Below, piece after piece: positions 52,353-63,511 of a stretch of DNA of 64,000 bases (its first letter is position 1; each line of letters starts with the position of its first letter). Under the pieces are notes generated by a model. It searched no databases, was not told the origin of the DNA, and saw nothing but the letters and a program-made list of their open reading frames with translations. The stretch covers positions 1 through 64,000 of the forward strand of contig JAKFCT010000067.1 of the NCBI GenBank assembly GCA_036676495.1, written 5' to 3'. The stretch is from Candidatus Sericytochromatia bacterium. Its GTDB lineage: Bacteria; Cyanobacteriota; Sericytochromatia; S15B-MN24; UBA4093. The translations under genes were made by a program, and so were the position numbers.

Positions 52353-53024
52353 ATGACGACGGCTCAGGACCCGGCCCCCCGGGCTCCTCTCAGCCGGGAG
52401 CGGGTGCTACGGGCCGCCATCGAACTGGCCGATCACGAGGGCTTCGAGTCGCTTTCCATGCGCAAGCTGGCCCAGGCGCTCGGGGTCGAGGCCATGTCCC
52501 TTTACAACCACGTGGCGAACAAAGGCGAGATCCTCGATGGCATGATCGACATCGTCTTCGGCGAGATCGAGCTTCCCGCCGAGGACGACTGGAAGCAGGC
52601 CATCCGTCAGCGCTGCATCTCGTTCCGCAAGGCGCTGTCCCTGCACCCCTGGGCCCTCGTGCTGATGGAGTCGCAGCACAACCCGGGCCCCGCCACGCTG
52701 AAGCACAGCGATGCCGTGCTCGGAAGGCTTCGGGGTGCCGGCTTCTCAATCGTGTCGGCGGCTCATGCGTGTTCGGTGCTCGACAGCTACGTCTATGGGT
52801 TCGCCCTGCAAGAACGGCGCCTGCCATTCAACCCCGCGAAGGAAATGGACGTGCCGGCGGTCGAGCTTTTCGAGCAAATGACCGCCCTCGCCCATGCCTA
52901 TCCCCACCTCGCCGAGATGGCCCAGGGGTATGCCCTCACCCCCGGTTACACCTACTCCAGCGAGTTCGAGTTCGGGCTCGATCTCATTCTCGACGGCCTC
53001 GACCGGATCCGCGAAAACACGTAA
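52353..53024 (+). CDS. TetR family regulator (TetR_C type)
   Basis: LSMRKLAQALGVEAMSLYNHVANK and FEFGLDLILDGL. Confidence 0.92.
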   Translation: MTTAQDPAPRAPLSRERVLRAAIELADHEGFESLSMRKLAQALGVEAMSLYNHVANKGEILDGMIDIVFGEIELPAEDDWKQAIRQRCISFRKALSLHPWALVLMESQHNPGPATLKHSDAVLGRLRGAGFSIVSAAHACSVLDSYVYGFALQERRLPFNPAKEMDVPAVELFEQMTALAHAYPHLAEMAQGYALTPGYTYSSEFEFGLDLILDGLDRIRENT

Positions 53025-53062
53025 CGTCGAACCGCCCCTTCCCGGGTGAACAAAATCGGAGC

Positions 53063-53097
53063 TTGACGAAACTTACAGCGTACGCTTACGCTGTAAG
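53063..53097 (+). promoter_or_regulatory. Promoter with probable TetR operator
   Basis: TTGACG followed by a perfect 11-bp inverted repeat cttacagcgta-cgct-tacgctgtaag. Confidence 0.65.
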
Positions 53098-53186
53098 CAA
53101 TCAAGCAAGCCATGCCGTCCTCGGCCCAGACGCAAGCGAGGTCGAGATGGAGTCCGGGTGGTTCAACGCAGGAAGTGAGGTTCGCC

Positions 53187-53606
53187 GTGAAAGCAGGGTT
53201 GGTTCTAGCGCTTGTCTTCGCCCTTTCGGGTTGCACGTACAACATCGTGAGCAAACGGGATGAGGCGCGCGTCTATTCGCAGGTTGGGATCAAAACGGCG
53301 TCCATTGCGGCCATCAACGCGGTGAGAAAGGCCAACCTATCGGTGACCTCCTCGACGGCGCCGGCCGACGGGGTGGTGGTCGTCTCGGCGATCGGCGGCC
53401 GCAATGTCCTGTTTCAGACCGAACCCGCAAGACTCACGCTGGCGATCTTTCAGTCCGGCGACAGCGTCCGGATCGAGGCGACCGCGATTCAAGGCGGGCA
53501 AGGAGGCGACGCGGGCTACGCGGATGGCATGGTCAGGGACGTCTTCACGCATCTCGATGCGCAACTGACCCGAGGCGGGACGTCCTTGGGGGCCTCGACC
53601 CCTTAA
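53187..53606 (+). CDS. Lipoprotein
   Basis: Lipobox LSGC. Confidence 0.65.
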   Translation: MKAGLVLALVFALSGCTYNIVSKRDEARVYSQVGIKTASIAAINAVRKANLSVTSSTAPADGVVVVSAIGGRNVLFQTEPARLTLAIFQSGDSVRIEATAIQGGQGGDAGYADGMVRDVFTHLDAQLTRGGTSLGASTP

Positions 53607-53666
53607 CCGCCCGAAGCCTTAGCACGACGACCCTTGAGCCCGACGCTTCCCGAAAGGAGTGCTTCC

Positions 53667-54332
53667 GTGTCCACGGCCACCACGACCCGAGCGAAACTGG
53701 ATTGGTTGGTCCCCGCCGGGTTGATCGCCCTCAGCTTCATCCCCGTCATCGCCGGCACCTTCCGACTGTTTCAGCTCGGCGGCGCCCCGCTTACGCCCGA
53801 GAACGCCCGCTTCCTTGCAGCCCCCCTGCCCATCGCGCTGCATATCGTCTCCTCGGTGCTCTATTCCCTCCTGGGAGCGTTCCAGTTCTCCCCCGGCATC
53901 CTGCGCCGCCACCCCAAGTGGCACCGCACGGCCGGGAAGGGGCTCATCCTCAGCGGGCTGGTCTCGGCCCTATCCGGCATCTGGATGACTCTGATCTATC
54001 CGATCGCCAAACCCGACGGCCTCGGCCAGTTTGACGGCCTGAGCCTGTATGCCGTCCGGCTGCTGGTAGGCGTGGCCATGGTTGGGTTCATCGTTCTCGG
54101 CTACAGCGCCATCCGCAAGCGCGAGATCCCGCGGCACCGCGCCTGGATGCTGCGCAGCTACGCCCTGGGCCTGGGCGCCGGAACGCAGGTCTTTACCCAT
54201 ATCCCCTGGTTCGTCTTCCCGAGCATCCACGGAGAGCTGGCCCGAACCCTCTGCATGGCCGCGGGCTGGGGCCTCAACCTGATCCTGGCCGAGTGGCTGA
54301 TCGCACGAGAACGACGCCAGCGGCTCGCCTGA
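53667..54332 (+). CDS. DUF2306 family membrane protein
   Basis: LGAFQF...WHR..G and HRAWMLRSYALG. Confidence 0.85.
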   Translation: MSTATTTRAKLDWLVPAGLIALSFIPVIAGTFRLFQLGGAPLTPENARFLAAPLPIALHIVSSVLYSLLGAFQFSPGILRRHPKWHRTAGKGLILSGLVSALSGIWMTLIYPIAKPDGLGQFDGLSLYAVRLLVGVAMVGFIVLGYSAIRKREIPRHRAWMLRSYALGLGAGTQVFTHIPWFVFPSIHGELARTLCMAAGWGLNLILAEWLIARERRQRLA

Positions 54333-54404
54333 GGCAAAGGCTCGTTTCCTCGTTTGACCGGTCGGGTATGAAACCCCAATGACGTTGCAACATGAGGGGT
54401 TTCC

Positions 54405-55259
54405 ATGCATCGCCGCGTGACGGTTTCGCTCGCCACCACCCTATTGCTGATCGTTTCACCGCTTTCCCAGGCCTCGGGGGCGGAACCCGAATTGACGCTC
54501 ATGCTCAACGGACGGGAAAAGGTCTTCACCCGCGCTCAGCTTCTCGCTCATCCGCAAGCCAAGACCCTCCACGTCCCCTTTGACGTCACCTATCGCCGGG
54601 CCATGAACTACCGGGCCATTCCCGTCGCTGCGCTCTTCGCGGGCGAAACGGTCGACCCGCAGGCCAGCGTGCAGTTCGTCGCAACCGATGGCTTTTCGGC
54701 CTCCATCGCCCCGTCGCGCTTGTTGAACACGGCGCCGTCCGGGGCGATCGCCTTCGTGGCCATCGAACCTCATGACAGCCCCTGGCCCCCGCTTCGCCCG
54801 GGCTCAAAGTCCACCGCCGGGCCCTTCTACGTCGTCTGGGAAAATCCGGAGCGCTCCAAGATCAGCCCCGAGGAATGGCCCTTCCACCTGGCGAAGTTCG
54901 CCATCCAGGACCCGGTCCACGTGCGCTTCCCGGCCATTCGACCCGCGTCCGGGCTCGGCGACGATCACCCGGTCAATCGGGGCTTCGTGCTCTTCCAGCG
55001 GAACTGCTTCGCCTGCCATACCCTCAACGGGAGCGGCGACGGGACCATGGGGCCGGACCTGAACATCCCCTTGAACCCGACCGAGTACCTCACCCCCAGC
55101 GCCTTGCGCCAGTACGTGCGCGACCCGCAGAGCGTCCGCCGCTGGGCCGGGAGTCGCATGAGCGGCTTCAGCAAAGCGGCCCTCTCGGAACATGAGCTCG
55201 ACGACCTCATCGCCTACTTGAGCCATATGGCGACGCGCAAGGTTTCATCGAAACCCTGA
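54405..55259 (+). CDS. Exported c-type cytochrome
   Basis: Signal peptide; CFACH, GPDLN and a distal Met. Confidence 0.85.
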   Translation: MHRRVTVSLATTLLLIVSPLSQASGAEPELTLMLNGREKVFTRAQLLAHPQAKTLHVPFDVTYRRAMNYRAIPVAALFAGETVDPQASVQFVATDGFSASIAPSRLLNTAPSGAIAFVAIEPHDSPWPPLRPGSKSTAGPFYVVWENPERSKISPEEWPFHLAKFAIQDPVHVRFPAIRPASGLGDDHPVNRGFVLFQRNCFACHTLNGSGDGTMGPDLNIPLNPTEYLTPSALRQYVRDPQSVRRWAGSRMSGFSKAALSEHELDDLIAYLSHMATRKVSSKP

Positions 55260-55290
55260 GTCGCCGTCGTGCTCTCGGCCGTCCGCAACC

Positions 55291-55797
55291 ATGAAGGAGA
55301 ATGACCCCATGACCGCCTCGCTTCCCTATCAGCCCGATCCCCGGTTCGACCTCGTCCTCGAGCGCATCGTGGACATCCCCCCGGAACTCGTCTGGAAGGC
55401 CTGGACGACCCCGGAGCACCTCATGAAGTGGTTCTGCCCCTTGCCGTGGACGACGGTGGAATGCGAGATCGACCTCCGTCCCGGCGGCGCCTTCCGGACG
55501 GTCATGTGCTCGCCCGAAGGAGAGCGCATGCCTTCCGAAGCCGGCTGCTACCTCGAGGTGGTCGAGAACAGGCGCCTGGTGTGGACCGACGCGCTCAAAC
55601 CCGGCTACCGCCCGTCCGAAGAGGGCTTCTTCACGGGGATGATCCTGCTGGAACCGCACGGGAGCGGCACGAAGTACACGGCGATCGCCCTCCACAAGGA
55701 TGAGGAATCGGCCAAGAAGCATGCCGAGATGGGCTTCCTCCAGGGCTGGGGCATCGCCCTCGATCAGCTCGTGGCGCATATGAGGGCCCTCGTCTAG
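55291..55797 (+). CDS. SRPBCC/AHSA1 family protein
   Basis: [21 protein letters not shown] and MGF..GW. Confidence 0.9.
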   Translation: MKENDPMTASLPYQPDPRFDLVLERIVDIPPELVWKAWTTPEHLMKWFCPLPWTTVECEIDLRPGGAFRTVMCSPEGERMPSEAGCYLEVVENRRLVWTDALKPGYRPSEEGFFTGMILLEPHGSGTKYTAIALHKDEESAKKHAEMGFLQGWGIALDQLVAHMRALV

Positions 55798-55988
55798 TCC
55801 CTTCGAAGCTCGAACGGGCGGTCTCTCGTCCCCTTGACGAAACCGAACGTTTGTTCTCATACTCGAGGATGGGGTTTGCCTGCAAACGAATCCGCGGCCC
55901 CTGGCCGAAACCCGGCCCGCCCGATGGGGACGGGGCCGCGAGGCTGCCCCGTCCTGCCACGCTCACACCCCCAACAGGAGTCGCATCC

Positions 55989-56402
55989 ATGCAATCCGCA
56001 CTGAACCCTTACATCAGCTTCAAGGACAACGCCCGCGAGGCCATGACGTTCTACCAGACCGTCTTCGGCGGCAAGCTCGAACTCAGCACGTTCAAGGATT
56101 TCCATGCGTCGGAGGACCCTTCCGAGGACGACAAGATCATGCACGCGATGCTCCAGGCCGATAACGGCATCAGCTTCATGGGGTCGGATACTCCCGACCG
56201 CATGGCGTACACGCCCGGCGCCCGGATCAGCATGGCGCTCAGCGGCGACAACGTCGACGAGCTCACGGGCTACTTCAACAAGCTCTCGGAAGGCGGCAAG
56301 GTCGTCATGCCCCTCGGCCAGGCCCCCTGGGGAGCCTACTTCGGCATGGTCGCCGACAAGTTCGGCGTCGAGTGGATGGTCAATATCGCTCCCAAGGCCT
56401 AG
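55989..56402 (+). CDS. VOC/PhnB family protein
   Basis: LNPYISF, IMHA and WGAYFGMVADKFGVEWM. Confidence 0.9.
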   Translation: MQSALNPYISFKDNAREAMTFYQTVFGGKLELSTFKDFHASEDPSEDDKIMHAMLQADNGISFMGSDTPDRMAYTPGARISMALSGDNVDELTGYFNKLSEGGKVVMPLGQAPWGAYFGMVADKFGVEWMVNIAPKA

Positions 56403-56583
56403 CCGCCTGGGTCGCCGCGTTTAAGCCCACGTTCGCCTCGAACGCGCCCCCGTGCCACCCCGCTCACCGCCTGGGTGGCACGGGATTTTTATGCCTCGGG
56501 CTCGCGGCGGGACGGAGCGCCCCACGCCCGCCCGATTTTCGGTATGATTTGAGACGCACGGCATTCACCGCGGGAGGCGCCAC

Positions 56584-56964
56584 ATGGCCAAGGGCTTCGA
56601 CGCTCACAAGGAACGACAAGAGGCGATCGCCAGCTTCGGCAAGGTCCTCGCCAAGCGCGCCGGATTCAAATGCGAATTCTGCGAGGGCGATCAGGACCTG
56701 CGGCCCGTCGATCTCGACCCGACCGCCGAGCCCTCCGAATCCACGCTCGCCCTGCTCTGCGAGGCGTGCCGGACGCTCCGGACCAGCAAGAAGATCGACC
56801 CGACCCGCCTCCGGGCGCTGAGCGGCGCCATCTGGCATCCCGAGCCCCTGGTCGCAGGGGAAGCCGCCCGCGTCCTCGCGGCCTCCCGCGAGGACTGGGC
56901 CCGCCAGCTCGTCGAGGACAGCCTGCTCGACGAGGAAACCAAGGCCAAGCTGCTCAAGCATTAG
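56584..56964 (+). CDS. PhnA-like zinc-binding protein
   Basis: GKVLAKRA..KCEFC...LLCEAC. Confidence 0.7.
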   Translation: MAKGFDAHKERQEAIASFGKVLAKRAGFKCEFCEGDQDLRPVDLDPTAEPSESTLALLCEACRTLRTSKKIDPTRLRALSGAIWHPEPLVAGEAARVLAASREDWARQLVEDSLLDEETKAKLLKH

Positions 56965-56990
56965 GCTCAGCACGATTAAAGGAGTTCGCC

Positions 56991-57182
56991 ATGGTCGGCC
57001 AAGATCGCCAAGCCATCCAAATCGGCCTCGAGGTGGGCATCGTCCTCAAGGCGGATCAGCGCACCAACCGGATCACGCGCGGCGTCGTCCAGGACATCCT
57101 CACCAAGTCCGCCTTCCATCCCCATGGCATCAAGGTCCGGCTGACGGACGGCCAGGTGGGTCGGGTGAAGGAAATCTACTGA
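56991..57182 (+). CDS. YwbE (DUF2196) family protein
   Basis: IVLKADQRT...ILTKS..HPHGIKVRL.DGQVGRV. Confidence 0.88.
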   Translation: MVGQDRQAIQIGLEVGIVLKADQRTNRITRGVVQDILTKSAFHPHGIKVRLTDGQVGRVKEIY

Positions 57183-57348
57183 CCGCGTCGTTGCGCGGCC
57201 CCGGGCTTCGTGATACACATGAGAGAGCCACCCACGTGCCGATGGCGGTACGACCCCGCGTCGTGACCGTAGGGCGTCCTCGGGTGGACTCCATTCAAAA
57301 AAATGCCGCCCGACCGTTGTCACCCCCGTTTGTCGCAGGAGGGCCAAA

Positions 57349-58395
<1,047 letters not shown>

Positions 58396-58407
58396 ACGGA
58401 GCACCCG

Positions 58408-58782
58408 ATGACGACCAAGATTCAAGGCCTCGATTTCATCCTCCTGCCGACCCAGGACAAGGCCCGCGCGATCGCCTTCTACCGCGACGCGCTCGGCCTC
58501 GAACTCGATAGCGAGTGGGGGGAAATAGGCGCCGAGTTCAAGCTCGACGGCGCGATCACCCTCGCCGTCGCCGATCCCACGGTCGCCAACCGGCCGTTCG
58601 TCCCCCTGACCGCCGGGGCGATCGCCATCAAGGTGGCGGACGTCCCCGCCGCGGTCGAGGCCCTCAAGGCCAAGGGAGTCGAATTCGTCAGCGAGATCAT
58701 CGACTCGGGCGTCTGCAAGATGGCCTACTTCAGCGACCCGGACGGCAACAGCCTGATGCTCCACTGCCGCTACGCCGACTAA
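58408..58782 (+). CDS. VOC/glyoxalase family protein
   Basis: FYRDALGL and FSDPDGN. Confidence 0.88.
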   Translation: MTTKIQGLDFILLPTQDKARAIAFYRDALGLELDSEWGEIGAEFKLDGAITLAVADPTVANRPFVPLTAGAIAIKVADVPAAVEALKAKGVEFVSEIIDSGVCKMAYFSDPDGNSLMLHCRYAD

Positions 58783-58788
58783 ACCCGC

Positions 58789-59151
58789 ATGAACCCGGAA
58801 ATCGACCGCTTCTTCGAGCAACGGCCCCTGGCCAAAGCGCTCTTCGAAGCGGTCGATTTCATCATGCAGGAGGTCGCCCCCTCCACGCCCCATGTCACTC
58901 GAAGCCAGATCGTCTTTCGCCGCCGCACGGCCTTCGCTTGGGTCTGGACTCCCGATCGCTGGCTGAAAGGCCAGACGGCTCCCCTCGTGCTCTCCCTGGC
59001 CCTCCGACGACGGGATGCGTCGGCGCGCTGGAAAGAAGTCGTGGAGCCGTCCCCCGGCCATTGGATGCATCACCTGGAGCTTCGCGAGCCCGCGGAGATC
59101 GACGACCGCGTCAGGGCCTGGTTACGCGAGGCCTGGGAGAGCGCCGATTGA
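58789..59151 (+). CDS. DUF5655-like protein
   Basis: PGHWMHHL...EID..V.AWLREA. Confidence 0.7.
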   Translation: MNPEIDRFFEQRPLAKALFEAVDFIMQEVAPSTPHVTRSQIVFRRRTAFAWVWTPDRWLKGQTAPLVLSLALRRRDASARWKEVVEPSPGHWMHHLELREPAEIDDRVRAWLREAWESAD

Positions 59152-59160
59152 TCGGCTGGC

Positions 59161-59700
59161 CTAGTTCACCGTGAAGAGCTGCGGGGCCGTCCGGCTCCAC
59201 TCCAGCTCGGAGCCGGTGGGCGACTGGTAGACGTGGAAGATATCCAGGTGAATTGCGCTGTGCGAGACGTCGAATTCGTGCTCCCCATCCAGCGTGTAGC
59301 GGAGCGGAAGCCCCACGATCAGCTGGTTCGCCTGATAGCTTCCGACCCGGTACCAGAGCTCGGTGTTGGTCTTACCCGACGAGATGTAGATCCCCCCGTC
59401 CTTTCCCAGGAAGAGGCGGCTGCCGCTGGCGCTGCCCCGCCACCGCCGGGTCCGCTGGTCCATGAAGGTGTAGAACGCGTAGTCCTGGACGATGTTCTTG
59501 AGAAGCGGGCGCTTGGCCTCGATCGCCATGACCAGGACGTCCTGACCCGCCAACTGGGCCTTGGCCACGGTCCCGACCACCTTGACCTTCGCCTGGGCCT
59601 GAGCCGAGGTCTCCTCCGCCGACGTCAGCGTCGCGACGGGGCTCGTCCCGCAGCCCGCCAGCAGGGTCATCGCAAAAAGGGGAACGAAAAGACGCTTCAA
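59161..59700 (-). CDS. Lipoprotein
   Basis: TTG after AAGGAG; lipobox LAGC. Confidence 0.75.
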   Translation of the reverse strand: MKRLFVPLFAMTLLAGCGTSPVATLTSAEETSAQAQAKVKVVGTVAKAQLAGQDVLVMAIEAKRPLLKNIVQDYAFYTFMDQRTRRWRGSASGSRLFLGKDGGIYISSGKTNTELWYRVGSYQANQLIVGLPLRYTLDGEHEFDVSHSAIHLDIFHVYQSPTGSELEWSRTAPQLFTVN

Positions 59701-59923
59701 AACCAGACTCCTTTATTAACACTTAATTAATCAATAACGAATCGTTAATGTTATCGCCGCATTCCCTGGGAGGTTTCTTAACCTCCCGCTATCCTTGGGT
59801 TAAGCTTCGGGAAAGCCCTGCGCATCGCCCCCCCTCCCCCATGGCCGCCTTTTGTCTTCAGGGGCAAAAACCCCGATAATGGAAGCCCCCACGTCCCCGA
59901 TTCGCTACCTCGAAGGTCTGAAG

Positions 59924-60292
59924 ATGCCTCAACGCCTGATCGATTACGCCCTCAGCAAGCCGGGGGCCGTCCCCACCCTTCCCTTCGGACCGGACGTCCT
60001 CGTCATCAAGGTCATGGACAAGATGTTCATGCTGACGCGCCGGGGCGAGTCCGTTCCGAGCCTCAACCTGAAATGCGACCCCGAGCGGGGGCTCGCCTTG
60101 CGCGAGGCCTATCCCGCCGTCACGCCCGGCTACCACATGAACAAGCGGCACTGGAACACCGTCGCGCTCGACGGATCGCTCGGCGAGGAGGAGATCCAGC
60201 GCATGATCGATCACTCCTACGAGCTAGTCGTCCGCTCCTTGAAGAAAGCCGAGCGGCAGCGCCTTTCACAGCCCCCAGTAGGAACGCGTTGA
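59924..60292 (+). CDS. MmcQ/YjbR family protein
   Basis: PFG..V...KV..KMF, NLKCDP and PGYHMNKRHWNTV. Confidence 0.9.
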   Translation: MPQRLIDYALSKPGAVPTLPFGPDVLVIKVMDKMFMLTRRGESVPSLNLKCDPERGLALREAYPAVTPGYHMNKRHWNTVALDGSLGEEEIQRMIDHSYELVVRSLKKAERQRLSQPPVGTR

Positions 60293-60345
60293 CGCCGGGA
60301 CCTTCGGGCGAGAAAGCCTTGCCGAAGCCGGCAGCACTTGAGACC

Positions 60346-61281
60346 ATGGCCGCAATGACGACCGCATCACCCCAGGCCCCGCAGGCCCCCGAGGCACCCA
60401 CCGCGCCCCCGCGCTACTTCGACCCACGGCACGGCGAGGAGGCCGCGAGGGTCGGCGACTTCGCCTTCGACCCGGGGCTCAACGCCCTCCCCCGGACCAA
60501 CCAGTTCGCGCTCTACCTCGTCGAGGCCGGGGCGGGGATCTGCGAGGTCAACGACGCCCACCACGCCTTCGAGGCAGGCGACGTCCTCTGTCTCGCCCCC
60601 TACCAGCATGTCTCGTTCCAGGCGACGGCGGCCACGCACGGCCAGGTCCTCCACTTCCACGCGAACTTCGTCTGCCTCGAGATCTTCCACGCCGAGGTCG
60701 GCTGCAACAGCAAGCTCTTCGACGATCCCTTCGGCGGAGTCGCGGTTCGGCCCGAGCCGGCAACCTGGACGGAAATCCACGCGCACGTGCGCCGCGTGGC
60801 CCGCGAGCTTCAAACCCGGAGCACGGGCTACCGCGAGGCCGCCATCGCCTACCTCAAGCTCGTGCTCGTCGCCCTGACCCGCGCGAAGTTCGCCAGCCTC
60901 GAACGCGCCGAGGCGATTCGCCGGCTCGAGCCCCCGACCCTGCAAGCCCTACGCGAGGCCATCGAAGCGAACTACACCCGCCTCCACACCCCGGCCGACT
61001 ACGCCGCGCTGCTCGGCGTGACGCCCAAGAACCTCGGCCGCCTCGTCCGCCAGCATCACCAGAAATCCCTCACCACCCTCATCCGCGATCGCCTCATGAT
61101 CCACGCCAAGTGGGAGGTCCTCCACACGCTTCGGCCCATCAAGGAGATCGCCTTCGAACTCGGCTTCGCGGACGAGTTCTACTTCAGCCGCCTCTTCAAG
61201 AAGGCCACCGGCATGGCGCCGACCCAGTTCCGGACCTTCGAAACCGAAATCCGCTCGGGGAGCAATCTGTCCAGGCCTTAA
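60346..61281 (+). CDS. AraC family transcriptional regulator
   Basis: IKEIAFELGFADEFYFSRLFKKATGMAPTQFR. Confidence 0.92.
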   Translation: MAAMTTASPQAPQAPEAPTAPPRYFDPRHGEEAARVGDFAFDPGLNALPRTNQFALYLVEAGAGICEVNDAHHAFEAGDVLCLAPYQHVSFQATAATHGQVLHFHANFVCLEIFHAEVGCNSKLFDDPFGGVAVRPEPATWTEIHAHVRRVARELQTRSTGYREAAIAYLKLVLVALTRAKFASLERAEAIRRLEPPTLQALREAIEANYTRLHTPADYAALLGVTPKNLGRLVRQHHQKSLTTLIRDRLMIHAKWEVLHTLRPIKEIAFELGFADEFYFSRLFKKATGMAPTQFRTFETEIRSGSNLSRP

Positions 61282-61375
61282 CGCCTTTTCCCCATGGCCT
61301 CGCGCAACCCGACGCGATAGGCTCGAAGGGTGCCCCCTGCCGCTACGGCATGCCCCCTTCCACAGGAGCCCCCCT

Positions 61376-61948
61376 ATGACCTCCCTCACCAAACTCCTCG
61401 AATCCGCAGCCAGCCTCGATCGCTGGGCCGTCCCCGTCTTGCGCCTGGGCTTGATCCTCGTTTTGCTTTGGATCGGTGGCCTCAAAGCCTTTCCCTACGA
61501 GGCTGACGGGATCATTCCCTTTGTCGCCAACAGTCCCTTCATGAGCTTCCTGATCGGCCAGCCGGAGCACTACGCCGCCCATATGAACCCCGAAGGCGTG
61601 CTCAACGAGCTCAATCGCGCCTGGCACACCCAGAACGGCACCTACCTCTTCTCCTACGGCCTCGGGATCGTCATCGTCTCCTTCGGCCTGATGCTCTGCC
61701 TCCACCGCTGGCTCCCCGAGGTCGCCGCCCTGGGCAGCCTGCTCGTGGTCGGCATGTCGTTCGTCACCCTCTCCTTCCTCGTCACCACCCCCGAGACGTG
61801 GGTGCCCGCCCTCGGAGACGCCCATCACGGCTTCCCGTACCTCAGCGGGCGCGGTCGATTGGTGGTCAAGGACGCCATCATGCTCGGCGCGGGACTCGTC
61901 ACGCTCGCGGACTCCGCCAAGCTGGCGCTGCAACGCCGCCGCGCATGA
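61376..61948 (+). CDS. DUF417 (YkgB/RclC-like) membrane protein
   Basis: WIGGLK...YEADGI.PFVANSP and GFPYLSG.GRLVVKD. Confidence 0.88.
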   Translation: MTSLTKLLESAASLDRWAVPVLRLGLILVLLWIGGLKAFPYEADGIIPFVANSPFMSFLIGQPEHYAAHMNPEGVLNELNRAWHTQNGTYLFSYGLGIVIVSFGLMLCLHRWLPEVAALGSLLVVGMSFVTLSFLVTTPETWVPALGDAHHGFPYLSGRGRLVVKDAIMLGAGLVTLADSAKLALQRRRA

Positions 61949-62109
61949 GGCCCCATGCACCCCGCCCGGTCGGGCGGGGTGCATCGGACCGTCACAAGCC
62001 CGAAGCCACATTGACGTCCCGCGTTGACGGGGAGGGCAGCCCGCCCTATGATGGGTCTAACTAGACCTATCCACCCGCCTGGGTGGCCCGCTGCAGAGAG
62101 GAGTCTCCC

Positions 62110-63003
62110 ATGCCTTTGGAATCTCAGAAGCGCTCGCGCTCCGTGCTTCGGGTCCTGCCCAGCATCCGGGCCCTCGAAGGGGATGGATTCGAGATCCGGC
62201 GCCCCTTTCCCACCGACTGGATGGATCATGTCGACCCCTTCCTCCTCCTGGATCACATGGGCCCCTTCGACCTCGAGCCCGGCCAGGCCAAGGGAGCCTC
62301 GGCTCACCCGCACCGCGGCTTCGAAACCGTCACCTACGTGCTCGAGGGCGAGATGCAGCACAAGGACTCCGCAGGCAACTCGGGAAACCTGGGCCCCGGC
62401 TCCGTGCAGTGGATGACCGCGGGCCGCGGCATCCTCCATGACGAGCAACCCGGCCCGAGCCTGCTCGCCAACGGCGGCCGCCTTCATGGCTTCCAGATCT
62501 GGGTGAACCTTCCCGCCCGCGACAAGATGATGGCTCCCCGCTACCAGGAGCTTCCCGCCGAGCAAATCCCCGTCGTCCGGACCGACGACGGCTCGGTCTC
62601 GGTCGTCGTCATCGCCGGGGAAGCGCTGGGGACGCGCGCCGTGATCGACACCCGGACCCCCATCATGTACTTGCACTTCACCTTGCAGCCGGGCGCATGC
62701 CTCTTCCAGCCGGTGCCCGAGGACTACAACGCCCTCGCCTACCTCATCTCGGGCGAAGGGCGCTTCGGAACCGAGGAGCGCCCCGCCTCCGAAGGGCAGG
62801 CCGTCCTCTTCGGCTCCGGTGACGAGGTGCGGCTCGCCGTTCCGGAGGACGCCCAGGAACCGGCGAGCTTCTTGCTCTTGGCCGGCGTGCCCCTCAACGA
62901 GCCCGTCGCCCGGTACGGCCCGTTCGTGATGAACACGCGCGAGGAGTTGCTGCAGGCCATCGACGACTACAACGCGGGCCGCTTCGCCTCGATCACGCAC
63001 TAG
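62110..63003 (+). CDS. Pirin family protein
   Basis: DPFLLLD, HPHRGFETVTY, QWMTAGRGI.H.E and GPFVMNT. Confidence 0.95.
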   Translation: MPLESQKRSRSVLRVLPSIRALEGDGFEIRRPFPTDWMDHVDPFLLLDHMGPFDLEPGQAKGASAHPHRGFETVTYVLEGEMQHKDSAGNSGNLGPGSVQWMTAGRGILHDEQPGPSLLANGGRLHGFQIWVNLPARDKMMAPRYQELPAEQIPVVRTDDGSVSVVVIAGEALGTRAVIDTRTPIMYLHFTLQPGACLFQPVPEDYNALAYLISGEGRFGTEERPASEGQAVLFGSGDEVRLAVPEDAQEPASFLLLAGVPLNEPVARYGPFVMNTREELLQAIDDYNAGRFASITH

Positions 63004-63009
63004 CGGGCC

Positions 63010-63480
63010 ATGCCGGAGACCTCCCGAACCTGGGAACCCGTTCCGAACGACGTCTCGCTCTTGCCTGCCCTCAGGGCCCTCTACGAGTGCCAAGCTGAAG
63101 TCGCCCGGGTCAGCTCCCGGCACATCGATTCGCTGGGCCTGACGCCGGCCCGCTTCGAGGTGCTCGCCGCGCTCGGGGACACCGAGGGCATGAGCGTGAA
63201 GGAGCTCGGGGACCTTTCCCTCATCAGCAAGGGCAACCTCCTGCATGTGCTCGGCTACCTCGAGGAAAAGGCGCTCGTCCGGCGAGCCAAGAGCAGGGCC
63301 GACAGCCGGCAAACCATCGTCTCGCTGACTCCCGACGGGCAGGCCCTCTACGAGCGGACCTTCATGGTGCATGTCGAGACCATGCGCGGGTACTTCGACC
63401 AGCTCTCCCCGCACGAACAAACCACCCTCACGACGCTACTCAACAAGCTCAAGGGCATCTTCGCCCAGGAGCAAGGCTAA
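63010..63480 (+). CDS. MarR family regulator
   Basis: GLTPARFEVL and LEEKALVRR.....DSR. Confidence 0.9.
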   Translation: MPETSRTWEPVPNDVSLLPALRALYECQAEVARVSSRHIDSLGLTPARFEVLAALGDTEGMSVKELGDLSLISKGNLLHVLGYLEEKALVRRAKSRADSRQTIVSLTPDGQALYERTFMVHVETMRGYFDQLSPHEQTTLTTLLNKLKGIFAQEQG

Positions 63481-63511
63481 TCACCGCAAGGCTGCGGAAG
63501 GAGATTCACGC

